Assembly: GCF_964355755.1 (NCBI RefSeq)
Contig: NC_092677.1
Coordinates: 13,290,101-13,354,100 of the forward strand
Direction: 5' to 3'
Source: Antedon mediterranea
Lineage: Eukaryota > Animalia > Echinodermata
Length of the DNA stretch: 64,000 bases
A program made the position numbers and the translations under genes. This document shows positions 1 through 13,570 of the stretch, piece after piece; within the stretch, counting starts at the first letter, position 1; each line of letters starts with the position of its first letter. The notes beneath the pieces are model-generated. The model did no database searches, was not told where the DNA came from, and saw only the letters and a program-made list of their open reading frames with translations.

Positions 1-1700
1 AAATAATAAAATGGCTGTGCAATAGAACTAGTGATTAGAACTATCATGCAATAGAACTAAAACAGTATTAACCAATGAAATCATGGGTGAATTCAGAATT
101 TTCGGGGGAGCCAACATATAATATTAATTGTCGGACAAAAATAGATATAAAAAAAGGAGAATTATTTTTTTGTTTTTAAGCCAGGCTTCTTTCTCAAAAG
201 ACTCGAGCATTTCCCAAAGAATTTTTAAAAACCAGCATAAAGGCATCACATCTGGTGTAATGTCAATCTCATTACCATTGTATAGTTTGATGTGTCTGTC
301 TACTGTCATTACTACATCAATAAAACATTGAAATGAAATAAACATTTATATGAAAACAATTAACCTTTTTGACTGAATCAACATGGTACACAAATTAACA
401 AAGGCAATGAAGAAAAATTGTTTTATTATGAAATATTTTTTTGTTATTCCTAACCTGAAACTTTTATTAATTGGTTAGTTTGATCCGGATTACACTAATG
501 ATGGAGCTATAACTGTTTCTGCTGAATAAAAATAACCGGTTAAAAACGGTGTGAATAAATTAACTCCAATTTCTTGGGAGCAGAAACCGGTCAATTTTTT
601 AGTAACCGGTTAAATGGAAGCACAAAAATAACGGTTAAAAACACCCATTCATTTCGGTGTTAGAACGGCATTTAACCGCTTATTGCTGGGCAACTTTTAG
701 CTGCAACACAAAATAACGATTTTTTTTATTGACAGCTGCTGACCTTGAGACAACTACACATTTTGGGTAATTTTAAAGATTTCTAAAATTTAGAGTTAAA
801 TAAATAGAAATATTAAAATTAACCAGATCAAACATACTGTAGTATGAACGCAGACCGCGTCAGATATTTACATCTGGATATAATGATACATAGTTCTTAC
901 CTTTCTACTTGCCTACTTGATTTATTTTTGTATTATACCTAACCGTGATGCTATTTGTAATTACTGTATTTTAATTACATTGCTATTATATTACTACTAA
1001 TTTGTATGATTTGATGAATTTACTTTGAAGACAAACTTTTACTGAATGTTTGAATACACGGGAAAAAAATTAACCTAATTTCAAAATCCTCTGATAAAAG
1101 CCACTATTTCACACTGTAACCTTGAATTATTAAGAAATCTAAAAAAATAATTCGCAAGTTTTCAACTATTTGTGACACAATTGTACCGCACACAACCCTC
1201 AAAAGTCAATCTCTACTGGGTTTCACTAGCAGGAAACCTAATTATGATTTTAAAAACAGCGATTTATGACATTTAAATTAATAAATGTAAACAGTTTTAG
1301 TATGAAACATCTTGATCCTTCAAGATCACTTTTTTTCAATTGTCGGTTTTGAATTTAAAATAAACTTTTTTTTACGTTTAGAAGTCATCTGGGTTACAAA
1401 AACCTTAAAAAATTAACTGGGCTCGCCAACAGCGATCGCAAGACAGGAAACTTAAATTATGTCATACTTTTTGATTTTTGTCATGTTGATGTGATGTCTT
1501 TTTAAAGAAATAAAACTGAAATAAACTTAACAGTTGTTGTTTTTTCTCAAGGACATCTTTGCATTTTTTTTATAGATTTTAATCTTTTTTTAAATGTGAC
1601 AAATTTTAGGTCAAATATTTGTTGAGATGTTTAAAAAAGGAAAGAATAAAACTATAGAAAGTTGATTTTTTGACATTTTTGGATGTCATTAAAAAAAAAA

Positions 1701-1809
1701 TTTGTAACAAAAGCGTTAATCGAGTCTGAATACTTTTCTATTACATCGCTAACTTTAATGTGACCTGCTTGCGCTACAAAAGCATAATTCCATGCATCTG
1801 AATGTATCT
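1701..1809 (+). mobile_element. Right-end relic of Harbinger family A
   Basis: GAGTCTGAATACTTT...TGTGACC...TACAAAAGCATAATTCCATGCATCTGAATGTATCT followed by TAA aligns with the right end of 55592-56580 (GAATCTGAACACTTT...TGACC...TACGAAAGCATAACTCCGTAGGTCTGAACATACCC, TAA). Confidence 0.7.
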
Positions 1810-1847
1810 TAAATAAGAGATGTAAATAAGAAAATATTATTTAATTA

Positions 1848-2250
1848 TAATACGGCTTTACCATGTTGAGTAATACGGCTTTGCCACTTTGAAAGTTAAG
1901 CAACGTTGTGCTTGTATGGTTAGAGCTTGGATGGGAGACCATCTGGTAATATCGGGTGCTGTATATGGAGCTGCGGTCTTGTTAAGCATTTAAAATCAGC
2001 ACTGCTGACTCTTATGGCAGCACCTGCATCTAGTATCTGTACCTCAGACGTATTGGCTTATGCATTTCCTCTGGTCAAGGTGGACACTGGACGAGAGAAG
2101 CACTGGACGAGAGAAGCCCTTGATCAATGTTAGGACCAATCAAGGTGCTTTAAACAGTCCTGGCTTTGTTTGTATCAAACCTGTTAGTGGCGGTAATTAT
2201 CGCTGTTTGTTTCGATTGAATAAAATAAAAAATAAATAAAAATAAAAATC
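1848..2250 (+). mobile_element. 5S rRNA-derived SINE (SINE3-type) with an A-rich tail
   Basis: 1848-1963 follows eukaryotic 5S rRNA: TACGGC..TACCATGTTGA, box A AAGTTAAGCAAC, then TGGTTAGAGCTTGGATGGGAGACCATCTGGTAATATCGGGTGCTGTA. There is no oligo-T terminator; a ~255-bp body follows, then an AATAAAATAAAAAATAAATAAAAATAAAAA tail. Confidence 0.8.
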
Positions 2251-2889
2251 TAAAGATAGAATAATCCTACAGTTATTAGCCAACATGAAAGGACAAAAGC
2301 AGCTTAATTAACCTACTGTCACCAAGAAGGTATGTACCGTGCCTCTAGAAAGTGGTGAACACTCAAGTAATATTTATATTAATAATAGTTAATAATATTT
2401 AGAAACATTACCAAAGGCACAATGAACAAATTAACCCAATTGAAATGATTTTGTCAACAAAAATTGAGACAAAATTATGAACAGTACTATTAATTGATTC
2501 AATGCCATAAATCACAATTAAACAAGGAATCAAATTATATATGTTGACAAATTGACAGTGAATGACAAAGAGAAAAAGGAAAATAGTGAGAGTGGTGGAA
2601 AAATATTACATTATAAACCTGAAAGACTTGCCATACAATAAGGTTAATTATACATGCCACTAGCCAAGTTTCTAAAAATGAAATAATCTTTCTGACAAAT
2701 GTTTTTGTACGTATTTTAAGATTTTAATAAATTTTGAAAAGTTGCCAAGTTGAAATGTAATAATGCAAACACCTACTGATGCCGTGTTCAACACAAGGGG
2801 CGCTAGTAGGTCTAGAGTCCAAGTTGCTGTTGACTTCTAATGATTAAGTCCATTTACTAAATATTAATTAATGAATATAATGCCAAGCT

Positions 2890-3545
2890 TCTTCTTCATG
2901 GTGCTTTTCCTTTTTTCCAGTGTTTTCTTCTATCCTTTCAATATTTTATTTTCTGGTTAATTCGTTTTTTTTTTCTTTTCATTGTTATTTTCTACGTTTC
3001 TTTTTTCCCTTACCCAATCACATGGTATGTCTTTCATTATTAAATATTATTTCCATACTTTCTATCTTTTTTTAACCTTTTCATTGTTTGCAGGCCTCTT
3101 TTCCAACATAATACCAAGCAACGATTGTCTGTTTCTTTTTTTCATTGTTATTGTTTTTCCTTCTTTTCCTTGTATCTTTCTTTTTTTTTGTTTTGCTTTC
3201 TAATATTTTTTTACCTCCTTCTTTCCCAACATAATGGCAAAACATTACTTTCTTCTATCATTTTTTGTCTCCTTTTGTTTTCTTCTTTTGTTATCTTTTA
3301 TCATTTTAATCTTTTATCTCTTTATTGATTTCTCAATACCTTTTCAATATCTTTATCGTCCATCTCTTTATTGTTTTTTATCTTTCTTCTCATTTTTTTC
3401 TTCTACTACTACTACATAGTTATTTCTACCTACATTGTCACTGTCGCATACACTCATTTAATATCTTTATCGTTTTACAATGTAAATATTTCTATCATGT
3501 TTACTTTTTTTATTTTCTGTAATTTTTCCCTTTTATCTGTTATTT
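2890..3545. repeat. Pyrimidine (T/C)-rich low-complexity tract
   Basis: The plus strand is almost free of G and yields overlapping Phe/Leu/Ser-rich spurious ORFs in several frames. Confidence 0.75.
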
Positions 3546-4898
3546 TATAATAAAAAAAAACAAATAAAAATGAAAAATACACACAAACAATATTTTGCCC
3601 TTCTGTTCTATCAATCTCAACAGATTTATACAATGAACTTGAATGTTACAAAGCCAATATTTGTCAGATCTCTCCTGCCAATAAATTGTGTTTTCTTGGA
3701 TGCATCATTTGATTCCTGTCAAATATGCTTCTCTGTGCTGCTGTGGTACACTATATTGACTATCAATCAATCAGATCTTTCCTTTCTATAATTGACATGA
3801 CCCAAAACTGTCACATATTTCCTTAATGAAATAGAACAAACTGGATTATGACAACAACCAGGGCACGGTTTATGAAACATTTCTTACAAATTGTGAAATA
3901 CCACCATCATTTTAAACCATATATCAATATTTTTTTATAAAAAAGATGCTACCATAATTATATCATTTAGTAAAAAATAAATTGTCACAAATGTTCATCT
4001 CGAGGGAAATCAGACAGCAAAAAAAAAAATGCTTTCCATGGGACGTCCCGGCCATCAAATGAAAATCAGTGACACATACATTACAAAAGTTTTATATAAA
4101 GTAAACTCAATTGGTGAAAACCAATATATAACGCGTAAAACAAATAAAATCTATCTATTTATATACCTATCAACATTTTCTTCTTTTTTCCAAATACTAG
4201 AATAGGACTAGATATTCATCATATTCATCAACTGCTTGTTGTCAATTTGACTAGTGATTTCTATTATAGTTTATAATTCATTTGTAATAAGACCACAAAA
4301 CATTTTTGTATTGTCAAATTTCTATAAGTAATGACAAAAAGAAGATATTAAATAACAAATTTAGAATCATGTGATTAATATCAGATGTCAGTTTTGACTA
4401 AATAGTGTTTGTGAGTTAAAACGAGTTATTAAGGGGTACTGGATGTGACATCAAAGGGCCTGTTTCATTTTACTCATTCAGTAAACACAAACATAGATGA
4501 AAAAGTTTTGACAAGGAGTTAATTACCCACATAGCCAAAAGCGTTATCATAGGTCTTGTTGCCAAGAAGACAAAAAGGGTTGTTTTCAATTTTTAAATAA
4601 TTAAAAAAACAAACACTACTCAAATATGATTTTAAAATTCTGAATATTAAGAGGTAATGAAGAATTTGATTGGAGAGAAGATGGACAAATAATTATTCTT
4701 TAATCAAATTCTGGCATTGTTAAAATCAAATGTCAAACTAATAGGAAAATGGGATATGATTAATATAAAAACAACCAAACCTTTTGAAAAAGATTTAACC
4801 AATCAATAGCTCAAGATAAATCCTATTAGGCCCATATCGTGTCAATATATGTGGCTGGCGTTAATGTAAACTCTTTTGCATGCTAATGCTGGATTTTA

Positions 4899-5030
4899 TA
4901 GTAGAACGTTAATTTTGTGGGTACACCCCTCAGGGAATGTTCTTATTAAGGGGACACTCTAAAATGAGTGGTAATATTTTTAAACACTATGACAAACCCC
5001 TATTTAGGGGAGACTTTGTTGGGTACAAAA
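4899..5030 (-). mobile_element. Fragment of pogo/Tc1-like MITE family C
   Basis: TAGTAGAAC end, TATTAAGGGGACAC and CCCTATTTAGGGGAGAC motifs; reverse complement of the unique part of 16757-17533. Confidence 0.55.
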
Positions 5031-5730
5031 GAATAACATGAATTACTTTATGCCTAAACATGATGTTAATGATTTTAGGTTTTTTAAAAACTACTGTAAA
5101 AAAGTTGCAATTTAAAATTTGGGGGCGCTGTTAAAATTATTTTAAAAGGCCCAAACCTTAGATTTGATTAAATTTTGTGTCCAGTCATGCTTGGGAAACA
5201 AAATATATTTTTTAGGCCTTATAACATTTTTTGTACAAAAGCAATACTTTCATTTAACATTTGTAATCAAACATTCCTTGTAACATAGTTTTTTGGGAAA
5301 AATAAAAAAAAAGCATGTCATTAAACATGATTCTTAGATGAAGGTCGACCTGCAATATTAACATGCTTATTCTGATTGCATTCATCTCGTTAAACTTGGC
5401 CATTTCGTTTGATCCAAAGTTCATTATAAATCATAACTAAATTTATCGTGTGAGCACTGTTTCGTAAATTAGTATGCACATTTGGGAAACTCTATCCTTT
5501 TAAATATCTTTCCTTCTCTTTATATTAAACCCTGAATGAGTTTTAAAATGTTTGTTTTCACATCATATTATAACTGAAAATGCCTATTATAACTCATTGT
5601 ATATATAGTCTTTTATCCTGTCGTGATATGTATCCTACCTTAGATTTCAAACCATTAATATCGCCTATAATTAATTCATAGATTATTAAAACACAAAGAC
5701 CTTATGGCTGACTTTATTGTTTGTAACATA

Positions 5731-6070
5731 GGGGTCAACATTCGGTCATAGGTCATACTAAATTCTACGACATGTGGTCATAAGTTGACGAAGACGTCCA
5801 CTGCACAATACGGCAAACAAAATAGATTTTTGGGGAAGGTGCTTCAACATTAATACAGGTATGTTTTCAAATCATTAAGGTAAACAAATTATTTTTTATC
5901 TCTGAAAAGAAATTGATGTAGATTTATTATTAGATGAGTTTTCTATCAATTCATTAACATTTTAAGGAAACTCTGGTTTATGTTTAAGTTTAGAACTTAT
6001 GGTACTTGCTGAAATTTGTTTTGTGTAAAATACTTACGACCAATTATGTTAATATGACGAATTTTGACTA
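5731..6070. mobile_element. Degenerate TIR element (unclassified MITE)
   Basis: GGTCAACATTCGGTCATA at the left pairs imperfectly with TATGACGAATTTTGAC at the right; inner GGTCATAAG / CTTACGACC pair. Confidence 0.4.
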
Positions 6071-7424
6071 TACAGTCTACACAAACTGTACGACAGAACA
6101 TTTAATATAATTTTAAAGAAACGTGGGTTTCTTAGGAAAATAACAATTAAAAGATTCTTAAATGCAATTAATTTATATACTTTATTTTACAAACCAAAGA
6201 TAACAATGTAGTCTATGGTTATTTTTTTCTTGAAAAATGTAACTGTCCTTTTTTGTAACATAAACAAATTTATTTATTCAGAAAAGAAACAAGCAGAAGG
6301 AAAATTTCTTATTCTTTATACTAATTCCAATGTTTATCAATAGACTATATTAAAGTTATTATATCCTTACCCTTAACTTCCGTGGACATAGTGCGAGATA
6401 ATATTATTGAAAGGATCACATGCTCAACTTGAAATTGTTAAAACTCTCTAGTGGTCAGTGTGAAATGCTTTGTCCTATTTGATATGATTTAATCAATACA
6501 ACTTTAGAAAAACATTGGCGACAGCTACTGAAGGATATCAAGCAGGCAAAACCAACTCTTGACTGTGTCTTTCATCATTATTATTAAAATCAGAGCAACA
6601 GAGATCAAAAATCATTCTGAGAAATGGACTTCTGTTGAACTGGGATATTGTAAACTGAACCAAACAATTTATTTTTCAATGAACACCATAAGTGAGAGCA
6701 AACTCGCTGTTATAATACTGACAGACACGGTGGAAAAAACTGACCCTTTTTTAGCCGTTCGCTGCAGATTTTAATCACAAGGCAGCGTTAGGAGGAACAT
6801 TTGATTAGTGTCAAGTTACAGACGTGATTAGTGGATTGAGTTAACATTACGATGCATTTGTATCTTAGTATTATCATAGGAAATTATCAATAAACGGTGG
6901 CTGTTCAGATGATTTCATAGGACACGGCCAAGGAAGTTGTATTGAAAAGCCAATGTCAACCAACCAATGGATGTGGGATATAATCCTACAGACGATTAAA
7001 TTAAAATAGTGAATTACGCCATCTAGTTTATTGAGAATCCTATCTCTCTCATACTGCTCACTGTAATTGCATTTGAGAGGGTTTTAAATGTATTAATAAA
7101 ACTCTTTATTGCACAGACAATAAGAACATAACTATTCAAAATCTGCATATACTGTATACATATCTTAGAAACAATTTTATAAAACTTTTATATTTTCAAT
7201 TATCTTTACTTACTAATTATTAAATGCCTTGAAGATTGGCCATACATTAATCTATTAGGCTACTATTATGTTTAGTTATTCGGTGATAATTTAATTGTTA
7301 AGTCAATAGACTTAATTCAGCTATAAATAAATATATATTAAATTATTTAAATTATTATAAAAAATATAAGAATAATAATATTGAATTGTGGTTGAATAAA
7401 TGTCAAGCAAAAGGCATCTAAATT

Positions 7425-7588
7425 ATCTCTGTCTACACTATCAAAGTTTATGTGATGAAAACATGTGATGTGTCCATATATGGATATAATGATGTCATAT
7501 TACTACCATTATTAGGGCATAGCGATACCATATTTGAGCACATCACACTTTTTTTTGTCAACTAGTTTGATACTAAAAAGACAGAGCT
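7425..7588 (+). mobile_element. Harbinger/Tourist-like MITE family B, copy 1
   Basis: TIR CTCTGTCTACACTATCAAA ... TTTGATACTAAAAAGACAGAGCT with TA/TWA-like flanks; homologous to copies at 13342, 41842 and 63171. Confidence 0.8.
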
Positions 7589-8401
7589 TAAGAAAGTAGA
7601 CCACTTTGAGATTAATTTTCTTTGCTTTCCAATTACTGTATCATCAAATTCTTTAAAAAAATAAACAGAAAATGTGCATTAGTGATTATCAAAGAGGAAA
7701 TAATAAAACTACACTTATCAATGATTGTTATTTGATTTTTACAATAAAAGCTTTTAAATAACAAAAACCAACACAGTAACTATAACCACCCATTGAGGAT
7801 TATTAAAACAGGTAATTCGGACATCAACCCACGATCGGAGCGTCCCAACCGTATATAAACAGCTAATAAAACAATCTGTTACCATTTCTAAAAGGTGTCA
7901 TTAGGTTAAAAAACCTTAAAAGAGAAGAAGTAAAAAGCAAGCAACCTCGACAACTTTTTAAATGAAGATTTATTTCATGTCTTACCGCCTGCAAAAACAT
8001 ACTAACGCGCTAAGAACGAATCAAGAAGGTAAAAGCATGTTAGCAGTAATGAAACAAGTCAGATGTCACGTTATAGAAGAATTAGTTAACTTTCTGTAAG
8101 GTCCCCAGGGAAGGAATATGCCTGTTTTTGCATTGTTTATAATTAAAATTTGCAATAGCTGTGTACTTTCTTTAGTTTGATTTTTATAGTGTTTTTATTT
8201 TTAGTAGAAATTCTAGATTGATACTAATTGCTGTTATATTTGGAATACACACGTTGCAAATCACAATTTAGATTTAGTCAGATAACACTCATAGACATAA
8301 TCTGTACTTATCAATTGCATATCACAGTCCAATTTATATAAAACAATTTACCAGTTACATTCATTATCCAACATTTAGTTTTAAAATGATAAAAATGCTT
8401 C

Positions 8402-8502
8402 AGATATATTTTTCCCCTAAAAAAATATCGTTTTTTTTATTAGTATTGTTGAATTAGAGCCCTTTTAATGGCACATAATAGTTATCCACTTTGACCCAAA
8501 AG
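8402..8502 (-). mobile_element. Terminal fragment of TTAA-flanked MITE family D
   Basis: AGATATATTTTTCCCC and CATAATAGTTATCCACTTTGACC are the reverse complement of the right end of 15037-15369. Confidence 0.65.
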
Positions 8503-9051
8503 TGGACTGACACCAAATATATATCTGCTTATAACTGTAATTAGTCAACTGTAAGCCCGTTATCTGAATGGAAGCAATGGGATTCTGGTAAAATTAAGTG
8601 GTTTATTTTGTCTTATTAATATAATAAAGGAAATCAATATTTTTGTTTAAAATTAGGGTATTTATATACTGTATTCTTACTCCTTAATAAACATGTACAA
8701 GATAGGACAACAAAACAACAATGTTTTCCTTGTACTATTTTTGGGTAAATTTAATAAATTAAATTAAACGAGCCTTTTTTCTCAAAATACGTGTTTGGTA
8801 CGAGATATTACAAATTAACCTGTTATGTTACTTTGTTTTGCTTTGATGAAGAAAAAAAAACATTTCTGACATGAAAAAATAGCTTTTAAATTCATCAAAA
8901 AGGATGGGAAATAATTGCCTTTAATTTACCCTAACATTTAGTAATCTATTTATCTGTCCTTCACCCAAGTTTATAATGTGATGTCATAAGAGCGGCCATT
9001 TCTTACGATCAATTATCGCGAAACCGCTGTTAGTTCGGCTGTTAATCTACT

Positions 9052-9185
9052 AAGGCCACATTCGGCCAATCACTCTATCATGTACTATTTCCACATAACT
9101 GAGTGGTTTAAATTTCGGCAGGTGGTTGCTACGGCGACAGTTGTTCATGAAAAAAACTAAATCTGGGCTGGGGTAATGTGGCCTT
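9052..9185. mobile_element. Possible small MITE
   Basis: Perfect 11-bp inverted repeat AAGGCCACATT / AATGTGGCCTT enclosing relatively GC-rich sequence. Confidence 0.3.
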
Positions 9186-10857
9186 CGCAGGCACTTAGGT
9201 GTTAAATCAGTTAATATTTTTTGTAAGACAAGTCAAGTCTACAGGGGATCAGGCCTATTTCAAGTGAAGTTATATGATTTATGTATCATGCTCAAGATTC
9301 CTAGCTTTTGACATCCGATACTGTTGTGCTTAATGATATTTGGACATGTACAAATTGATCATTTAGAGTGTATATACTTGCTAAAATCATTTGCTGTTAT
9401 ATTATATAAATGGATTTGACTCAGGTTTGCTAAAATTGATAGATTTGATAAATAACAAGTGTTTCTGCAAGCTTATACTTGCAGAATGTGAACATTTAAA
9501 TTCAGTTTTTAAATTTGTAATGTCTGCTGTTTTCAAATTAAAATTTCTCATATTTTCTATAATCTAGATACATTTAGATATTAACACTAAACAAAAGCAA
9601 TTAGTAAGATTAATTTATTTACGTAATAGTTCTTAATCTAAAAGATAAACATCTTTTCTGGTTCTTTTCTTTAATAATTAATTCATTTACTATGAAAAAT
9701 GGTACATTAGGGAACCAATCATACAGTAGTACTACAGATAGATAGAACTTAAGAAAAGATAAAAAGAAATACACAACCGTATCAATTGTAGTACGTATGA
9801 TATTTAAATTCATGTTGTTTTATTTCAGCGATGCATTAAACAGCGTTTGTTTGTTTATTTTAATAAACAAAAAAATATTGTATATAAACTACGGCTAAAA
9901 AATGTTTTGTCTTGTTTAATTTTATTTTAAAACATCTCTTATATTTATGTCAAAACCATAGGACAACATTTTTAAACATCAAATCAATAAAAAATTAGTA
10001 ATATCATCAAAATCAAACATAAATATCTACATCAAGCCATAAAACACAACTGTTAATATTTAATGCTTAAATTCCTAAATGAATGGTTTTTTTTCTAAAT
10101 ATCGTATAACTTAATTTAATTAGATTAAATCTTTAATTCAATCAAATACAGATACAAAAATAACATAAAACAATTTTTAAAACTTATTGTCAAAATTAAT
10201 TGTTTTAAAACAGGAAAACTCTATTTAAATTATGTAGGTACTGTATAACAACTAAAATGTCTCAATGTCAGTAAAACGGCATTTCTACTTTTATTTTGAC
10301 CAATAAAACTTATTTGTGATCATGATTGCGATCCCTAAATATTTTATGAGTTTTAAGAACATTTATCTCCATTTAGGTAAGTCAGATGTTGGTAAAACTC
10401 GTAAAAATAAATAATAATCTTGATACATCCTCTACTCATATATTACGTATTTAATTGTTTTATTTTTATGTAATTAGAAAAGTTGAGACAGATGTCAGGA
10501 TATGTTTGATATAATTAACAGTTATGGGATCTCTGTCAAGTATAAATTATTGCTGAGATTTTTGAAAAGAATATAAATGTCTTATACATACTGATGGTTG
10601 TACTACTACTAATATTTGGTAACCTCAATAGAAAGGTCATATTGACTTTTTCATCTTACATCTAATGTAGGGCCCTACTTGTGGTTACTTTAAACTATGG
10701 CAGTTGAGACTTATGATTAACATTTGATGCTATTGCAACTAATTTGGTGTCTTTAAATGATGTTATATAATTTTGAAGAAATTGTTAATTGCACAGTAGG
10801 ACCTACTCTATTTGGTATTTGGCTTTCAGGGATTCTCTGTTGCTAAGTTTGTATATA

Positions 10858-11527
10858 CCGTACTGACGCGGGTATAAGCCCATACTCGGGTATAAGCCCA
10901 CCCCTGACTTTTGACTAATTTTCATGAAAAATGAGGCACTCGGGTATAAGCCCACCCATTATTTCGAAGATCTACAGTGCGTGTCGTAATACATTATTTT
11001 GTATTTGGCGACGTCCATACACCGAATACACCTACCTTTGATCATAACCAAGCTAGGCTAATATACGCTAGGCCATATGAGGCCTAGCGGTCCTGTTTTG
11101 TTTACACTCCATCGCGGTCGAAGATCGCTTCACACACGACGCTACAAGTCGCCAAAACGGAAAACCACTATTTGGTATCGGCTGCCATAAACAAGCTTAT
11201 TAAATTTCTTTGGTACATTTCTATTTAACGAACATTGTATACTTGCTTTTCTGCTTGATAAATTCTTGTTAAATTGATGTTTAAAATAAGATATTCTACG
11301 ATAAATTACACGAACTATAAACTTAATTTTCCGACACTCTACACCTCGTGTATTTAGAGGCAACGTCGTACACGTGAGGGCGCTCGCTCGCATGGTGGAA
11401 TATACAACAGTGTACATGTGCTGTTTTTGACGATCTGCATTTTTGGATCCTCGGGTATAAGCCCACCCCCAAAACTTGACGTGATTTCATGTTCGAGGGG
11501 GGTGGGCTTATACCCGCGTCAGTACGG
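10858..11527. mobile_element. Non-autonomous Tc1/mariner-pogo-type DNA transposon (670 bp)
   Basis: Perfect 25-bp TIRs CCGTACTGACGCGGGTATAAGCCCA, TA on both sides, subterminal copies of CTCGGGTATAAGCCCAC near 10886, 10939 and 11450; no transposase ORF. Confidence 0.92.
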
Positions 11528-13341
11528 TACTAGTACTGACCACTTCATGTACAGTATGCAAAAGGTACACCTACACTGTAAGTCTTTTTTTAAGAACCTC
11601 TACAAGCACAACCACATCCTCTCCCCACTTGTTATTGTATATGAATAAACTGGAAGCTTTATTGACCTCAGATACTTATATGTTTCCTCATTTCAAAACC
11701 AGAGCCCAACATGGATACATGTTATCCTCTTAAAACCTGGATCTATCCCAGTGAATTAGATGTCGATAAGGTGCGGATAATTGTAATGCTTATACACTAC
11801 CGTATATGCTTTACACATACAGCTCAAAAAGGATCAAGTGGAGAGAATCTTGCTGGTTTACCGATTTGAAGCAAACTTAATATTCATTGATATAGCTTAC
11901 CACCCATACACCCTCTGCATTGAACCCCTGAAGCATTGACAAAAGTAAAAATAGATAAAAGGGAATATAGAGTATATTACGGTAGTTGTGAAATTGAAAC
12001 ACTTCCAGCCTACAAAGGATCAAGTGGGGAGAATTGTTGAATGTTGATGATAGAATGTGTATAATATCATTTATATTAAAAAGGAAATATGGTTTATAAA
12101 CAGTAATCTGTTTCAATTTTTGATTATTGCAAATTTAATTAAAACTTCACATGTTCTATTATTATTTTTAATTAATGTTTTTAACCTAGTTATTGAAATA
12201 CCATCATTATTAAAAACGGTTACAATCTATAGAATGTATTCAGGTTTATTTGACAATAAAAACAACTATTAATATCTTGTACATTAAGCTCAACAAATTC
12301 AATTTTTAGTCATGATTAAATGTAACATGTTTGTAATGCAAACAAAATAGAGAGTATTTAAAGTGTAAATGGATAACAATATATCTACATTAAATTGGAT
12401 AGATGCAATCTACTGAAACATTAGTAGTGTTTTCATTATCACCATATTATGACCCCTGCATCGGCACATCTTTTGTCGGTGAAAATGTTCTTTCCCTTGT
12501 GGCCCCTTACACTTCTGCTTTACCGAGTGGTGGAAATGTTTAATCATCAACAATGCGGATAAAACTGTGCTTAGATTCGCAATTATTATGAGTGAAACTG
12601 CTTATGTGTGAACGAAGCCATGACTTACAAGCGGGTGTGACTTGTGCATTGTTATACCTAAATTTGACCAAGTTTATCTTGATTTGATTGCAAAATATTC
12701 ATCTGGTTATGATTTCTTTTTGTGGAGAGTCATGAAATGTATTTATGGTATACTATTTGCTCAGTTTGTATTTGCATATAATAATTCCTATTTGGGGGAG
12801 GGGGGGGGGTGGTTAAACACAAAACATATATCATGTAAGCCACCACTGGAAGAAAAAATAGTTTGAATATGCAGATTCAAGTTTTGTAAATTAAAATGCA
12901 AAAGGTTGACAATAAGGTTTATTCAGAACTTTATTTAACCCTTTTTAGGCCCTCACTCTCAACCCCGTCCTTTCCCCTCTCTCCCCTCACCACCTTAAGC
13001 AATTTAAACAAAAATTTTTAACAGATTATGAATCAAATAACTGATTACCATTATTAAGTTTTTAGCTGAAAAACAAATACCATTTATTGACCTCATTTTG
13101 ACAAAAATTGAACTGCATTAATGTGAGTAATGATGACGTGAAATGAACTCAGATTCCCAACAGAATATTCCAATCATGTGTTTAATTATCGCTATTACCA
13201 GCACCACATCACATACACGTTTTAAAGGGTCCTATTTTCATTTCATTTCTTAAAAATCTTTTATAAGAGAAACTAAAAAGTATTGTATTTAAGGTGTCAT
13301 GTCTCTCAATCACACGGTTACAACTTGATAACAATTAACAA

Positions 13342-13570
13342 AGCTCTGTCTACACTATCAAACTTTATGCGACAATATTTGATGTGCTCATATATACAGT
13401 AGACATGATGATGTTGTATCACTACCATATTTGGGTATACCACTACCATATTTGGGTATATCACTACCATATTTGAGCATATTAGTATCATATTTGAGCA
13501 TATTAGTATCATATTTGAGCATATCAATATCATATTTGAGCATATCACTACCATATTTGGGCACAGAGTT
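13342..13570 (+). mobile_element. MITE family B, copy 2, with an internal 21-bp x7 minisatellite
   Basis: Left TIR AGCTCTGTCTACACTATCAAACT; 13417-13563 is seven units of TATCACTACCATATTTG(G/A)GCA; right end reduced to ACAGAGTT-TAA. Confidence 0.8.

Noticed and set aside
124-345. 73-aa minus-strand ORF with plausible composition
   Set aside because: No family motif recognised and no clear splice sites; it could be a decayed coding fragment but I cannot support a call.
1848-1963. Functional 5S rRNA gene
   Set aside because: The 5' half is rearranged, there are several substitutions, there is no T-run terminator, and it is not in a tandem array.
2982-3522. Overlapping Phe-rich membrane-protein-like ORFs
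   Set aside because: Artefact of the T-rich low-complexity tract; open in several frames.
10499-10513. miR-190-like sequence GATATGTTTGATATA
   Set aside because: Only a 15-nt AT-rich match; the 3' end differs from the conserved mature miRNA and the hairpin is weak and wobble-rich.
13318-13554. 78-aa ORF with NMILICS repeats
   Set aside because: Antisense translation of the MITE-internal 21-bp repeat.
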